Shown here: positions 1-11,897 of the stretch, piece by piece
How positions within the stretch are numbered: the stretch's first letter is position 1
How the letters are laid out: each line of letters begins with the position of its first letter
DNA from: Marsupella aquatica
Taxonomy: Eukaryota > Plantae > Marchantiophyta
Direction of reading: 5' to 3'
Assembly (NCBI GenBank): GCA_973895155.1
Contig: OZ316897.1
Span: 6,686,470 to 6,750,469 of the forward strand
DNA length: 64,000 bases
Notes under the pieces: model-generated
The model's database searches: none
What the model saw: the letters and a program-made list of their open reading frames with translations, nothing else
What the model was told of the DNA's origin: nothing
Program-made: the position numbers and the translations under genes

Positions 1-3000
1 TTGTAATCCAATATAATTTTAATGGCAAAGTACTTAAAAGCTGTAAAAACAATTGGGCACATGTTTTAACTTAAAAGCTTTAAAAACATTGGCCTCAACT
101 TGGGCACTAGTGTAGACAAGGCTGCTAGCTAACTGCTCTTTCTCTGGCAGGATTGATAGTGCTATTTGGTCCCATAGCATAACTCAAACTTTCTCCTTGA
201 GTTCTCTTTCATAAGATGTTTAGCAACAATTGGATTGAGTGATGACAATGTATGTTTCAAGATAACGCTACCCGCGCCAGTTCTCACTGCAACTCATTCT
301 CCATGATACTGTTGTGAATGTTCATGCTATATTTCAATGTACACAGAGTGTGCGGTGAGACATTCAATTCAAAATCTCATCAAAATCATTGAGATGACTG
401 AACGCACTATAACAAGAAATTGTTTCAACAGTTATCACATAATTAGTGGGTTGTTAGTGTAGATCTAGATGAGACTTTTTCCAGGCCTCGTTACCCCCTT
501 GAGGGCTCTCTTGATCAGAGAGGTTAGGATCATTTCCTGCGTTTTGGTACTCGGCTCCTTTGGCTGTTTGTGGTGGTTGATTGTGATTCACTCCTAGGCT
601 CAAGGTGTTTCATTGTATCCTTGGGGCAACTCCTGCCACTGCAAAACTTGGTGGTAGTGTGCTTTGGCTCCTTGGGGTGGTTTTTTCTGTGCCCTGTTGG
701 CCTTTGATGCGGAGGCCCATAATATAAGTTGTTGCACTGCTGCCCCCTTTAAAATCAATTGTTGCACTGCTGCACCCTTTAAACAGGTATAACCACCATG
801 CCAGGAAACAGTAAAAAGGAAACAGCAAACAGTAAACAGCAAATGGATGAGAATTTTTTGAAATTTTTTTTGAAATTTTTTTGTTGGAATTTATTATTAT
901 TTTTTGGTTTGTATTTTTGACATTTTTTTACTAGCTTGGGGCGCTAGTAATAGTAGCGTCTAGCGCTAGCCAAAAATAATCGTTTTTAAAAATATTTTGA
1001 AAATTTTGAGTTTTAATGAGAAATTTTTTATATTTCATTTTTTCTCGTAAATATAAAATTTTGCTCATAACAGGAAATCATTTTCCTGTTTCCTGGCACG
1101 GTGTAAAGCCTCCTTTAAACAAATTGAAAAATTAAATGAGGCTGTCTTCTTTAAAGAGATCCTACTATCTATTTAAATTTTGATTTGTGTTCTTGAGGAG
1201 TGTCTCTCAAATTTATGATGTTTTCATGGCTTATCACTAAGTAGCTTGTATGTTAGGATCAGTGAGGCGGTGCCTCTTTGTGGCATTGCATCCAAAGCAA
1301 TTTGAAGGTCAGTCCCCTTTGACATGCATATGGGCTGCTCCAAAGTGTTTACAAATGTTGAGTTCTAGGTGAAATATCAAGAGTCTTATGGAAGCTAAGC
1401 TAGAGGTTACTTTACAAGAAATGAGTAAGAGCAATAGAAGCTTCTCATGCCTAAACTGGTAGTCTATCTCAAGTGCTTTACAATACACAAGACAAAGCAA
1501 ACCTATCCAGATGCCCTTGCATTGCACACAATATGTGGAGGACAATGTCAAAGAGAGAAAAAATCTCAAGGCAAGGCAAAAACATTAATGAGAGACAAAG
1601 ATAATGAGAGAAAAAGATATTAAGGCAAGCAAATTTAGTTGAGGCAAGACATATTAGGCAATTACGTAGTCTTAGGTCTAGAGTTACTATGTAACCAAAG
1701 TTAGCTTAATTGCAGTTAGTCTAATTGTAGCCAAATGGCTCAGATAAATTTGTTCCTCTTGTACTTGTGGCATAGGAACCAGCTCGGTCCATGATTGGAG
1801 CACCTCCTTGTATTGCATTATGAACACCATCGTGATCAATCTCCCATTCAACAAGATCCGGGATATGACATTTTGGTAATGCATTTATTCTTAGCTCTAC
1901 AGTAGAGTAATACTGTAGCCAAAGTTAGGCTAGTTGTATTCACAAATTAACCTTGTTCGATTAGTCATGCCTTGTCTAATATACACAAGTAGTGTTTGCG
2001 TGTGGCCTGGCGTGTGGAGGAGGTGTCGCTCATTGTTATTGAGTCACTTGAAAGATTGGGAGAGCTTATGTTGTGGAGGCTTGGTATGGCCAATAGGCAG
2101 TGGTGGACCTAGTCACCCAACCCCTCACCAAACCCAATACCTTTGCCTAAATATTCTCGGTGCATGAATGTCTACACAAAACTCCACAAGCAAGCACCTC
2201 TGTGCCCTTATCACCACCAGCGGCAACTCCCATATAAAGTTGCACTTGCTCCTCAATACGACTGTCACTCAATGGCCTCTACTACCTGCACCAGCAACCA
2301 ACCCAATTGGTAAGTAACTTGTTTTGAACTATGATCCCAAGACCATTGTCTTGCCTCAAGCTCAACAATCATTAGTAGATAGGACCGCGGATAAAGTCTC
2401 TTAGGCCCCGCGTAACCTTGCCATAAACTGAAGCCAAGCTAGGTCTGCACCCATTGTATATATCTAGAATAGCCCCTTTGTCAGGTGTCATCCAAGTTTC
2501 TTCACTTTGTAACTGTCATTGGTTGACCGCCCTGTCTCTAGGACATGCCCATGGCCCAAATAGCTAGCTTATCTCAAGCGTCAAGACCAACTTGGCCCCA
2601 ACTCTAGCAATCATCTATACGGATCCAACTCAACCAAGAGTCCAAAGGCATGTCTAATGCACTTGGACCTCAACACCCATGCCTAGTACGTCCGCTTTGC
2701 CTCCCCAATGCAAGCTCACGTCGTAAGAAACTGAATGCATTTGGTTGTTGTTTCGATAGGATTGACAAGCAAGCAAGATAGCCCTTGCAACTTGTGAGGA
2801 TTTAAAGCACCCCCAGATCCAATTGATATGAGAAGGATGTAGTCCTCCTTGAGAGCTTTCCAATGCACCCCAAGAAGTACTCAAATGGATTTCCTATTGA
2901 GGAGATATTGTTGTTTTTGTTTGACATTTCCCCTTGGTAGTGCAACTGTCGTGCCTCAACTTGGACTCACCCCTTGGCCCACCTCTATTGCTCCCCTAAT

Positions 3001-3459
3001 ATATGTTTCTGGATACCTGCCACCCCCGTACCAACTTTGGTCCCCTAGTTTTGGCCCCCACCAAGACTCCAACCAAGTCGATTGGACACGCAGTTAACTT
3101 GCTAGGCTTGTAACTTTCTAGTCACGTATCTACAAGTGAAATTCTTCAACCCGTTGTGACCGGGCCAACGCAATGCTCATGCCTGGGCCCTCAGGGTTTG
3201 TCACCCGTCAGGGGTCCCGAGCGGCTCCACCCAAGCGACGCCCATTCTTAGGCGTAAAGCGTTTGTTCCGTATGAAATGAACTTCTATGCACATGTGCCC
3301 AAGAGGAGCTCTCACTCAAGCCCTTAGAACTTGTAGTCCATTTGGGGGTCCGAATTGTCCACTCCAAGCCCAACCCACCTCATGACCCAACCAACCCTTA
3401 ACTTAAGTCCATAACCCTTTTACTCTAGCTTGGCACCTAGCCTTTGCTGTTGTCCACAA

Positions 3460-3679
3460 GTACTTCTCACTTGTGAGGCATTGAAAGGTCATCTTTCAAT
3501 GTTGAGCCTTGGAGAGAGAGGAGCTTGAGTGGCTATGGTGGCTGTGAGCTCCGCTTGTGTAACGTGGATTCCTTGAGTAGTGCAAAGTGCGTTGGCTTGA
3601 CATACGTGTGTGATCGGATCGGTGCGGGATCGATGGGGTATTGTTGACCGGGATTGTTGTGCCGATTGTATGGAGATTA
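3460..3679 (+). repeat. Repeat A1 (5'-truncated) of element 1
   Basis: Near-identical to 12152-12371 (gtactt(c/t)tcacttgtgagg...tggagatta). Confidence 0.92.
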
Positions 3680-3690
3680 CATTGAAAGAT
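3679..3690 (+). promoter_or_regulatory. Putative self-priming primer-binding site of element 1
   Basis: ACATTGAAAGAT directly after A1 is the exact reverse complement of ATCTTTCAATGT (3491-3502) inside A1. No TGG-starting tRNA PBS is present here. Confidence 0.7.
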
Positions 3691-4287
3691 CATGAGCTTC
3701 AAACTCTATTGTGTGGACAGAAGCTCAGTCTGAGTTTGTCATTGACGGTGACGGTTCATGGTAGCTCGAATCAATTGGATTTGTGTTTGACGCGGATTCA
3801 TGTTTCTTGAATCGTTGGTTCTATTGTTTGAGTACTCTGTTGCTATTCGATCTGGTTTTGGCCAAGCTTGAATGGTGTTGGATCTGGATCTGGTCTAGAT
3901 CTGGATCTGGATTGAGTCGGAGTCTAGATCTGGATCTGGAAAGAGATGGCCGAAGGTTGCTGCTTGTATCGCACTGCTATTTTGTGGACAGATCTGTTGG
4001 AATTTTGAGTGCTCGCAGTGTTTTATTGTCAAGGGACGCTCGTGAAATGTCCCAGAACCGTGCGCGACAGGTTTGTAGAGGTCGAGAGCCATCGACATTG
4101 CCGTTTTTGTGAAGGAAATTGTTGCTTTCGAGTGGCAAATATTGTCATTTCTGAGCCCGACGACTTCTGTTTTGTGTACACACACAACTGTGCGCGCATA
4201 AGGCGGCGCATAAGGTCACCCATCCCGAAAGTGCTCCCAACCACGAGCGCGAAGTCACCCATCGCGAGCGCAAGCAGACGCGAGGTC

Positions 4288-4450
4288 GAGGTCACCCATC
4301 CCGGGGCTATTCCGGGTTGTGAGCGTGAGGGGAGGCACGAGGTCGAGCGCGAGGAGGTCACCCATCCTGGGGCTATTCCGGGTCGTGAGCGCGAGGGGAG
4401 GCACGAGGTCGAGCGCGAGGAGGTCACCCATCCTGGGGCTATTCCCGGCC
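4288..4450 (+). repeat. 66-bp tandem repeat (~2.5 copies) in the 5' leader of element 1
   Basis: GTCACCCATCC(C/T)GGGGCTATTCC at 4291, 4357 and 4423. Confidence 0.9.
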
Positions 4451-5069
4451 GCAAGCGCTTAACTGGCAAGTTCTCATCCCACCTTGTGTACACACAAGTT
4501 TTCACAACTTATTGTTTAGATTCAAGCGCCAGAGGGCTTTATACACTTTCCGGTTTGCTTAGAGCCTTGTTTCGGGCCAAATCAGAGGCTCTTTAGTGGT
4601 TTTTGATAGTTATGAGTTCATCTAAATACACAGATTGAACCAATTGTGCATGGTTTCTCATCTATAACATTGGGACATCATGAAGCCTATTATGAAGGCC
4701 TTTCATTGAACATTATGAATATTTGTTTGATCAATGTGTGATCACTCTTGGTGTGGAGAGTTAGTGTTTGACTATTCTTGTTGATTGGATTCTCTCCACA
4801 CTTGTTTCCTGTTTATGCGCCATGTTGGTTCGGTGTGGGCGCTTGATTCCATAGGAGTGATCCGGGTTTGCAACTGGATATTCTAGTGTGCTGTGTATTT
4901 CTCTCCTGGTGATGTTGGAGTGATGCCCAACACACCATGGTGAGTGCTTGTGGTACTGACAGGAATAGATTGCCCTTAGGGTTAGCACATAGATTAGGTT
5001 AGGGTTGGTTACCACGGATTCTTCTGGTGCTGCTAGATTACTCGATGGGCACAGTTTCGGCCAGCGGCA

Positions 5070-7679
5070 TTGGTAGCAGTCAGCAGTGCAGCTTCAGACA
5101 GTGATTCTGATGAGGACTCAATGACCAGTTCTCCTCATCATCAGGTGGTTGCACCTTTGTTGTGGGATATGGACGAGATGTACGGGGCTACAAAGGGCCC
5201 ACGACGATACTCTGGTGCAGTTGGCATGATTGATCTGGATGACTTCATCCAGGAGTTTGATACGTGGTGCGATATGTAGACATTGCGTAACGCCACATTG
5301 TTTACCCCTTTCATGGCATGGAAGGGATTATTTTAGCATTTGGAGGGGCCACCCATGGATGACTACCATGAGTTTTGGAAGGCTCATTTGGTTGAGATTG
5401 AGGCATGGAGGCAGCATTGGTTGCCTAATTACGTGTCCATCACCTATGGCACTAGTGTGGCTGCCCAACCCATTGCCACAGTTGCTGCTTCTTCTAGCAG
5501 CACTAGCCAGAGTGGCACACCATCCACCAGCAGCACTCCAGCAGCATCCACCGCTACTCCTGCCGGTGTGATTGTGATAGGAACTGGAGTTGCGCCAGCA
5601 TTTAACCGTGTGGTGGAATTCTTTGAGGTACTGAAGCAGAACTATCAGGGTGTAAGAACTGATAAGTTGAAGGGTCTTCAGGAGTTCCAGCGCAAGACTG
5701 GAGAGAGTCTACGTGAGGCATACACTCATATGCGCAGATTGATCACTGTCACCAAGGGAGTGACAGAGGCTCAGGCAGTCCAGTTTTGGTATGCAATTCT
5801 GGACAGAGAATTGTGACGCAGAGTGAGAGATGTCACTCTGCTTAGGGATGCAGATCCCACATTAGCAGTTATTTTTACACTTTCTGAGCGCATTGAGCTC
5901 AATATGGTGAATGAGAAGGTGGTGACTTCCGGATTTGCCAAGGAAGCTCCAAAGGCTGCATCCACATCCACACCATAGCCTACTGCATGGAAGAGCCAGA
6001 GGGAGAAGCCTACTGCACGAGAGTCTACCAGCCAGAGACCTATGCCCTCTTATGCTAGACAGCAGTCAGGATGTTGGACCTGTGGTGGGGATCATGCACA
6101 AAGATATTGCCCAGATCATAGAGGATTAGGGGGAGCATCTGCGCCTAATCAGCGATAGTGTGATCACTGTGGAGCTCTTGGACACACCAAGGATAGGTGT
6201 TTCTCACTCCATCCTGAGTTATGGAGAGGAGGATCCCGTACACATGATCAGGGAAGAGGAGGAGGAGGTAGAGGAGGTGGACGTGGTTGTGGCATGCCAC
6301 ATGCAGGGAGACAGGGAGGTGACGCTGCCCCTACTGTAACCATAGATCCAAAGGATGCTAAGATTGCTCAATTGGAGCAATAGCTAGCTGCCATGGCTAG
6401 TTCCCAAGTGAGACCTACTTCTGGTGATGGGGCATGAACATCCTATGGACCTTCCACATCCCATGGTCCTTCCACATCTTATGGAGCTGATGGAGACCTT
6501 GCCACCATGGGATTCATGTGTGGCACTGCACATATTGATGCATCAGCAGCTTTGACACGTAGGGCAACCAAAGCTCTTGAGCCCCGAGGAGCAGTAGTGG
6601 AGTTAGATCCACAAAGGGGGGATGCACGTCGGCAGACAAAGCTTCCTCAGTCTTTTACATTGTCAGAGATAGTTCAGACTGCCTCTATGAACCTGGTTCG
6701 GACAAACCATGATGTGTGTAAGTTGGCAGAATCAGGTAGTGATGCAGCAGGGATGATAGGTACCTTGCTGGGGGCGGCTACTGCCATGGTACGCGCCCCA
6801 TTATTTTCAGCGACAGACATGCTGAACTTGGGAGTTGGTCCTGCAGAAGTGTTCAGATTGGTAGCTACACTCTGTGAGGATACTCCAGTGGTTGCTTCCC
6901 ATGCAGAAGCAACTTGCAGTGTCGATGCAGTGAAGACCATGCCACCTACTGCTGCTAGTGAGACATGGCATGCAGCAGCAGCGAGGTTGGTGGATTTACC
7001 AGCACGCCCTGCATTTGAGAGGACTAGGTTTAAACCTAGTGTTGTATCATTGGATAATCAGAGTGGTATCTTCCGATTAGTTGGGCCTTCTGGAGAAGTA
7101 TACCAGCCAGAGAGGGTGTTACTGGATACTGGTGCTCAGCCCTTGATCTTGGGAAAGTCTGCCATACGTGGATTGGGATTGCGTCTAGAGGATTTGGAGG
7201 ATTGTCCCTTTCCCATTCAGACTTCATTGGGGGGACCTACACCTACACAGCACATTACCAGGAGACCTCTTGATTTGAGGATTCAGGAAGGTCATACCAC
7301 AGATAGCTCACAGATACAGGCGCAAGCTATTCTGACTAAGGCAGAGTCATATGATGTGTTGGTGGGATGTACAGTGCTCTACCCCATGGGATTTATTCTT
7401 GATTTTTGGGAGGAATCAGTGTCATATAGACCTAATTGGCAGTCAGGAGATGCTCAATTGAGAAAATTGCCAGTGAGATTTAGTGGACCTGTGGGAGGCC
7501 CTAAATCCACACCATTGTCTTTGGCAGCATTCAGTGGTGTAATTGTTGGACCTGATGATTTGATTGAGGGTAATGCGCATGCAGTAGATGTTCCATCATT
7601 GGAGAAGTCTCATAAGGAGCACATCATGCAAAGATTACCTGTTGGCAGTGTTGTGCCACCAGTGTGGGACACTGCATAG
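5070..7679 (+). pseudogene. Gag (two Cys/His zinc-knuckle-like motifs) and aspartic protease of element 1; in-frame stops
   Basis: ORFs 5070, 5340 and 6507 share one frame. CWTCGGDHAQRYC (~6072), CDHCGALGHTKDRC (6159), protease VLLDTGAQ (~7120). Confidence 0.88.
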
Positions 7680-7775
7680 GCCTTGCCACAGACAGCAGCA
7701 CGATTGGTACATGATGCATGGCGTCATGCTTTTACACCATAGTCAAGAGCATAGCAGCCTCTTGCAGATGGACCT

Positions 7776-8700
7776 ATGACTCTTTCACCATTGGATACCA
7801 TTCCTATTGCTTGGCAGTATCCACCGAAGGGTATTTGTTTGTTGGATCTTTTTTGTGGGATTAGCACTGGATTGGCTGCTGTTCTTCAGGAAAAAATTCA
7901 TGTGCGTTGTTATTTGTATGTAGAGTCAGATGAGACAGCACGGAGGGTCTCATTGCGACATGTGGCTATGTTGGTGGATAGATATCCACAGTTGCTGCCA
8001 GTGGATGCTATTCATGGTTATCAGCATGCACTACCTGCTGATATTTCATTGCTGGGGGCAGATCATCTGCATCGTGTTGGCCCCATTGATTTGGTGATTG
8101 CTGGTTGGCCATGTTAGGGCCAATCTAGAGCTGGTGTTGGGCATGGACTTCATGATCCATGCTCTGCATTGTTTTGGGAGATGTTACGGATGCTACGTCA
8201 TCTCCAGCTACATCCGACACAGTCTCCAACATACATTTTGGAGAATGCGCCAATGTTAGGTGATGATCGTAGTCGGATTGTTGCCAGTGTTCACCAGGTG
8301 AGGTCTTGGGTTGGACCTACTGTGTTATTGGATGCTGCACGTGTGGGTTCTCGTGCACATCGTCCACGCTTGTGGTGGACTAATTTGATCCCATGTGAGG
8401 TGCTGAAGCGCGCATTTGACAGCATTCCACGCTCACCAGCCTTAGTGGTGGATAATATTTTGGATCCAGGGCGTCGTGCACAGGGTGTGACCCAACCTGA
8501 TAGACCTCCATTGGCAATGGTCAATGCAGTTGGGTGCCCACGTTGTGCATTACCCACTCTTGTAAGCCACTCTACTTCATATGCATTCAGAGCAGGTGGC
8601 CCTGGACTTGTGTGGGACACAGCTCTCTAGTAGTTAGTGGAACCTACTGCTGATGAGAGAGAGCGTGCTATGGGATTTTTGACTGGCACCACTGCAGTTG
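7776..8700 (+). pseudogene. C5 cytosine DNA methyltransferase domain (DNMT3/DRM-like) inside the element 1 polyprotein; motif X lost by deletion near 8720
   Basis: Motif I LDLFCGISTG, motif IV IAGWPC(Q>stop)G, motif VI YILENAP, motif VIII AHRPRLWWTNL, motif IX EPTADERERAMGF. Same frame as gag-PR. Confidence 0.9.
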
Positions 8701-10287
8701 CCTCTGTGTCGCATGCATCGATTCTTGAAGAGTTACTGGAATTGTTTTGCATTTAGCATGAAAGATTTGGGGACATTAAAGGGTCCTGGTATTCAGATTG
8801 AATTGGCTAGTGATGCGCCAATATTTCGTAGGCCATACCGTTATAGTGACATGGAGAGAGCTCTGATTCAAAGCAGAACTCAAGATTTGTTGGAGGCTGG
8901 ATTGGTGGAGATTTCATATGGGGAGTATGCATCTGCCACAGTGATGCCAGCCAAGAAGGATGTGCATGGCAATTACACAGATAGGCGCATGTGTGGTGAT
9001 TATAGACCCATTAATCGCCAGACAAAATCTGATAGATATACCATGCCCACACCTGAGCAGATCTTTGATGCTGTAGGGCATGCAAAGGTTTTCAGTTCAT
9101 TGGATCTGAGGGCAGGGTACCATCAGCTTCCAATTAGGCATGCTGACAGGTCCAAGACATCATTATGGGGGATTGATTCTTATGGCAAAGATCGTTTGTA
9201 TCAGTGGTTATTCTTACCATTTGGGTTGAAGAATGCACCAACTGAGTTCCAGAGAGTCATGGATCGAATCCTTGCAGGTTTGGATTTTGTCAGATGTTAT
9301 ATTGATGATATTTTGGTCTATTCTTCTACTGTGGAAGAACATCAGCAGCACTTGCAGACTGCGTTGGAGAGATTGAGAGCACATGGGTTGAAGCTCCATC
9401 CTAGCAAGTGTAAGTTCTTCCAAGACCAGATTGAGTATTTGGGCCACACTATATACCTAGGGGGATTGGGTGTACAGCAGACTAAAGTGGAGGCCATTAC
9501 ACAGATTCCTTATCCTACTGATGTGAGTAGAGTTCGTGCATTCTTGGGATTGGCAAGCTACTACAGGAGGTATGTTAAAGGATTTAGCCAGCTTGCTAAA
9601 CCTTTGACCATACTCACTAAGTTGGATCAGGAATGGATTTGGGGTGATGACCAGGAGCATGCCTTTCAGGAGTTGAAGCAAAGGTTGGCATCATCCCCTA
9701 TTTTGAGAAGACCTATTTTAGGCAGACCATTTCAGCTACACACTGATTGGAGTGGAGTAGGACTTGGAGCAGTGCTGACTCAGAAGGATGATGAGGGGAA
9801 TGAGTTTGTTGTGGCTTATGCTAGTAGATCAAACAATTCAGCAGAGGCTAAGTATAGCTCTTATGAGGGAGAGTGTTTGGCAGCAGTGTGGGCTGTTGCA
9901 CACTTTCGTTGCTACTTGTTTGGTAACCCCTTCACCTTGATCACTGATCATCAGCCTCTTAAGTGGTTAATGGAGTCTGACAAGCTTACAAGGAAGCTTG
10001 CACGATGGGCATTGTTGTCACAGGAGTATGATTTCCAGGTGGTGCATAGGCCTAGAAAAGTGAACTTGGATGCAGATGGATTAAGCCGCAATCCATGTAC
10101 CAATCAGCAGGATGAGACTGGAGCCAGATGGCATGATGAGTCAGATAAGGAGATGGTGCTAGGATGGCATGCATCTGCCTTTCTTTGTTGGGTGCCAGCA
10201 TACAGTGGATCTGTGGACTCTACCTCATTGGATGGAGTGGATGATGAGTCTTCAGATGTGGATGTTGGTGAGGTAACTTTTGGATAG
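8698..10287 (+). pseudogene. Ty3/Gypsy reverse transcriptase and RNase H of element 1
   Basis: RMCGDYRPIN, LDLRAGYHQ, LPFGLKNAP, YIDD, LHTDWS, YEGECLAAVWAV, TDHQPLKW. Confidence 0.96.
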
Positions 10288-11733
10288 CAAGATATTCACA
10301 ATGATGTGAGAGTGTTGGAATATTTGCGCAGTGGTTCTATTGTTGGCAGTGTTGATGCCAAAGAACGTGACAGGGTTCTATAAAGAGCCAAGAGGTTTCG
10401 ATGGGAGGGAAATCATCTTTTGAGAGTACTGCATGATGGTAGGGTGTTGGTGGTACCAAAACCATCACAACGAGTATATTTGGTGCGACATGCACACGAG
10501 GAGTTGGGTCACTTTGGTGTGAAGCGCACTTATAGCTTGCTGCAGACATAGTATTGGTGGCGTGGTATGCACACTCATGTCCAGCAGTTGATAGCTAAGT
10601 GTGTGGTATGCAATAGAGTGAGAGCATCATTTAATGCTCTCACTCCCCAGTTGCACCCGTTACCAATCATGGGTTTGCGATATCATTGAAGTTTGGATTT
10701 TGCTGGTCTATTACCTCTTACCCAATGCCATAATCGGTATGTTTTGGTCATGGTGGAGCACTTCTCCAAGTGGATTGAGCTAGTGGCATTGCCAGATAAA
10801 GCCAGTGGAGGAGTTGTTGCTAGATTTTTGGATCGCGTACTCAGTCATTTTGGAGCACCAGCTGAGGTGTTGACTGATCAGGGAACTGAGTTCCGTGGAG
10901 AGTTTGAGAGTTTGTGTGAACAAGCTTTGATTGATCATCGTACTACCTCTCGTGATCATCTTGAGGCAGATGGATTATCTGAGAGAGTTGTGCAAACTGT
11001 GAAGAGAGGATTGCGTAAGTATGGCTTGCAGGTTGGTCATCTGGGAGATTGAGATCTCTAGCTACCTTGGTTAGCTATGGGCTACCGTTTCAGTCGGCAA
11101 GCATCACTTGCATCCTTCTCACCTTACTTTTTGCTCTATGGTAGAGAGCCAGATTTGCCAGCAGCTATTCGTCGTGATGCTGCACCAGTTGTGAACTTGG
11201 ATGATCTTGATGTTTGGGTCAAGGTGTGTTCAGAGAGAGCACGGGTATTTCAGAGAGTGATGCCCATGGCTTTTGACAACCTTGCCATTGCCCAACATCG
11301 TGATACTTTGAGGCATGCCACTATTCGTGGAGGAGGTTACCGTGCAAGCATTCGACGATTTCATCCTGGTGATTATGTTTATTTGCAGCAGATAGCACCC
11401 ACAACACTTGATGTGACCGCAGGCCGGACAATCTTACGTGTGCGTGAAGTGTTGCTTTCTGGTGTCCTGATGTTGGAGGGACGCGATGGTATGGTTTGGA
11501 AGGATCATGTGCGCAACTGTGCACCATGTCACCTTCCCAACATTGATGGTACAGTAGATCCAAGCTTGGCACATGTTCGTGCTGGCTTGAAATGTATGTT
11601 GTGTGGATCTGCTCAGGGAGCAGCTACTATGTTGATTTGTGATAAGTGTTCTAGAGGATGGCACATGTCATGTTTGATACCACCATTGCAGGTGATTCCT
11701 AGTGGATCATGGTTGTGTCCTCAGTGTCGGTGA
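10288..11733 (+). pseudogene. DDE integrase (HHCC zinc finger, rve core) with C-terminal PHD finger (11593-11727), element 1
   Basis: HEELGHFG...CVVC; DFAG...LTDQGTEF...DGLSERVVQT; SPYFLLYGR; C4HC3 CMLC...CDKC...HMSC...WLCPQC. Confidence 0.93.
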
Positions 11734-11897
11734 AGCCGACTAGTTATCAATTGTGTTCTCTTGGCAGATATGGATTGCAGGTAGGTGATCGATGGGGCTC
11801 ACTTGCACCCGACGTCCTGATCTTCACACCTAAAAAGGTGTCTATCAACCTTGTAGAACTCATGGCTAGCTAGAGTTAGGGGACCTTACTCCCAGCT

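Noticed and set aside
1676-3459. A separate LTR element that truncated A1 of element 1
   Set aside because: It ends in ...CCACA next to A1 and shares a 21-mer with 12701-12721, but no boundaries, TSD or coding evidence were found in the window.
4009-4596. 195-aa ORF with repeated EVTHPGAIPG
   Set aside because: It is a by-product of the 66-bp GC-rich tandem repeat in the leader and has no domain signature.
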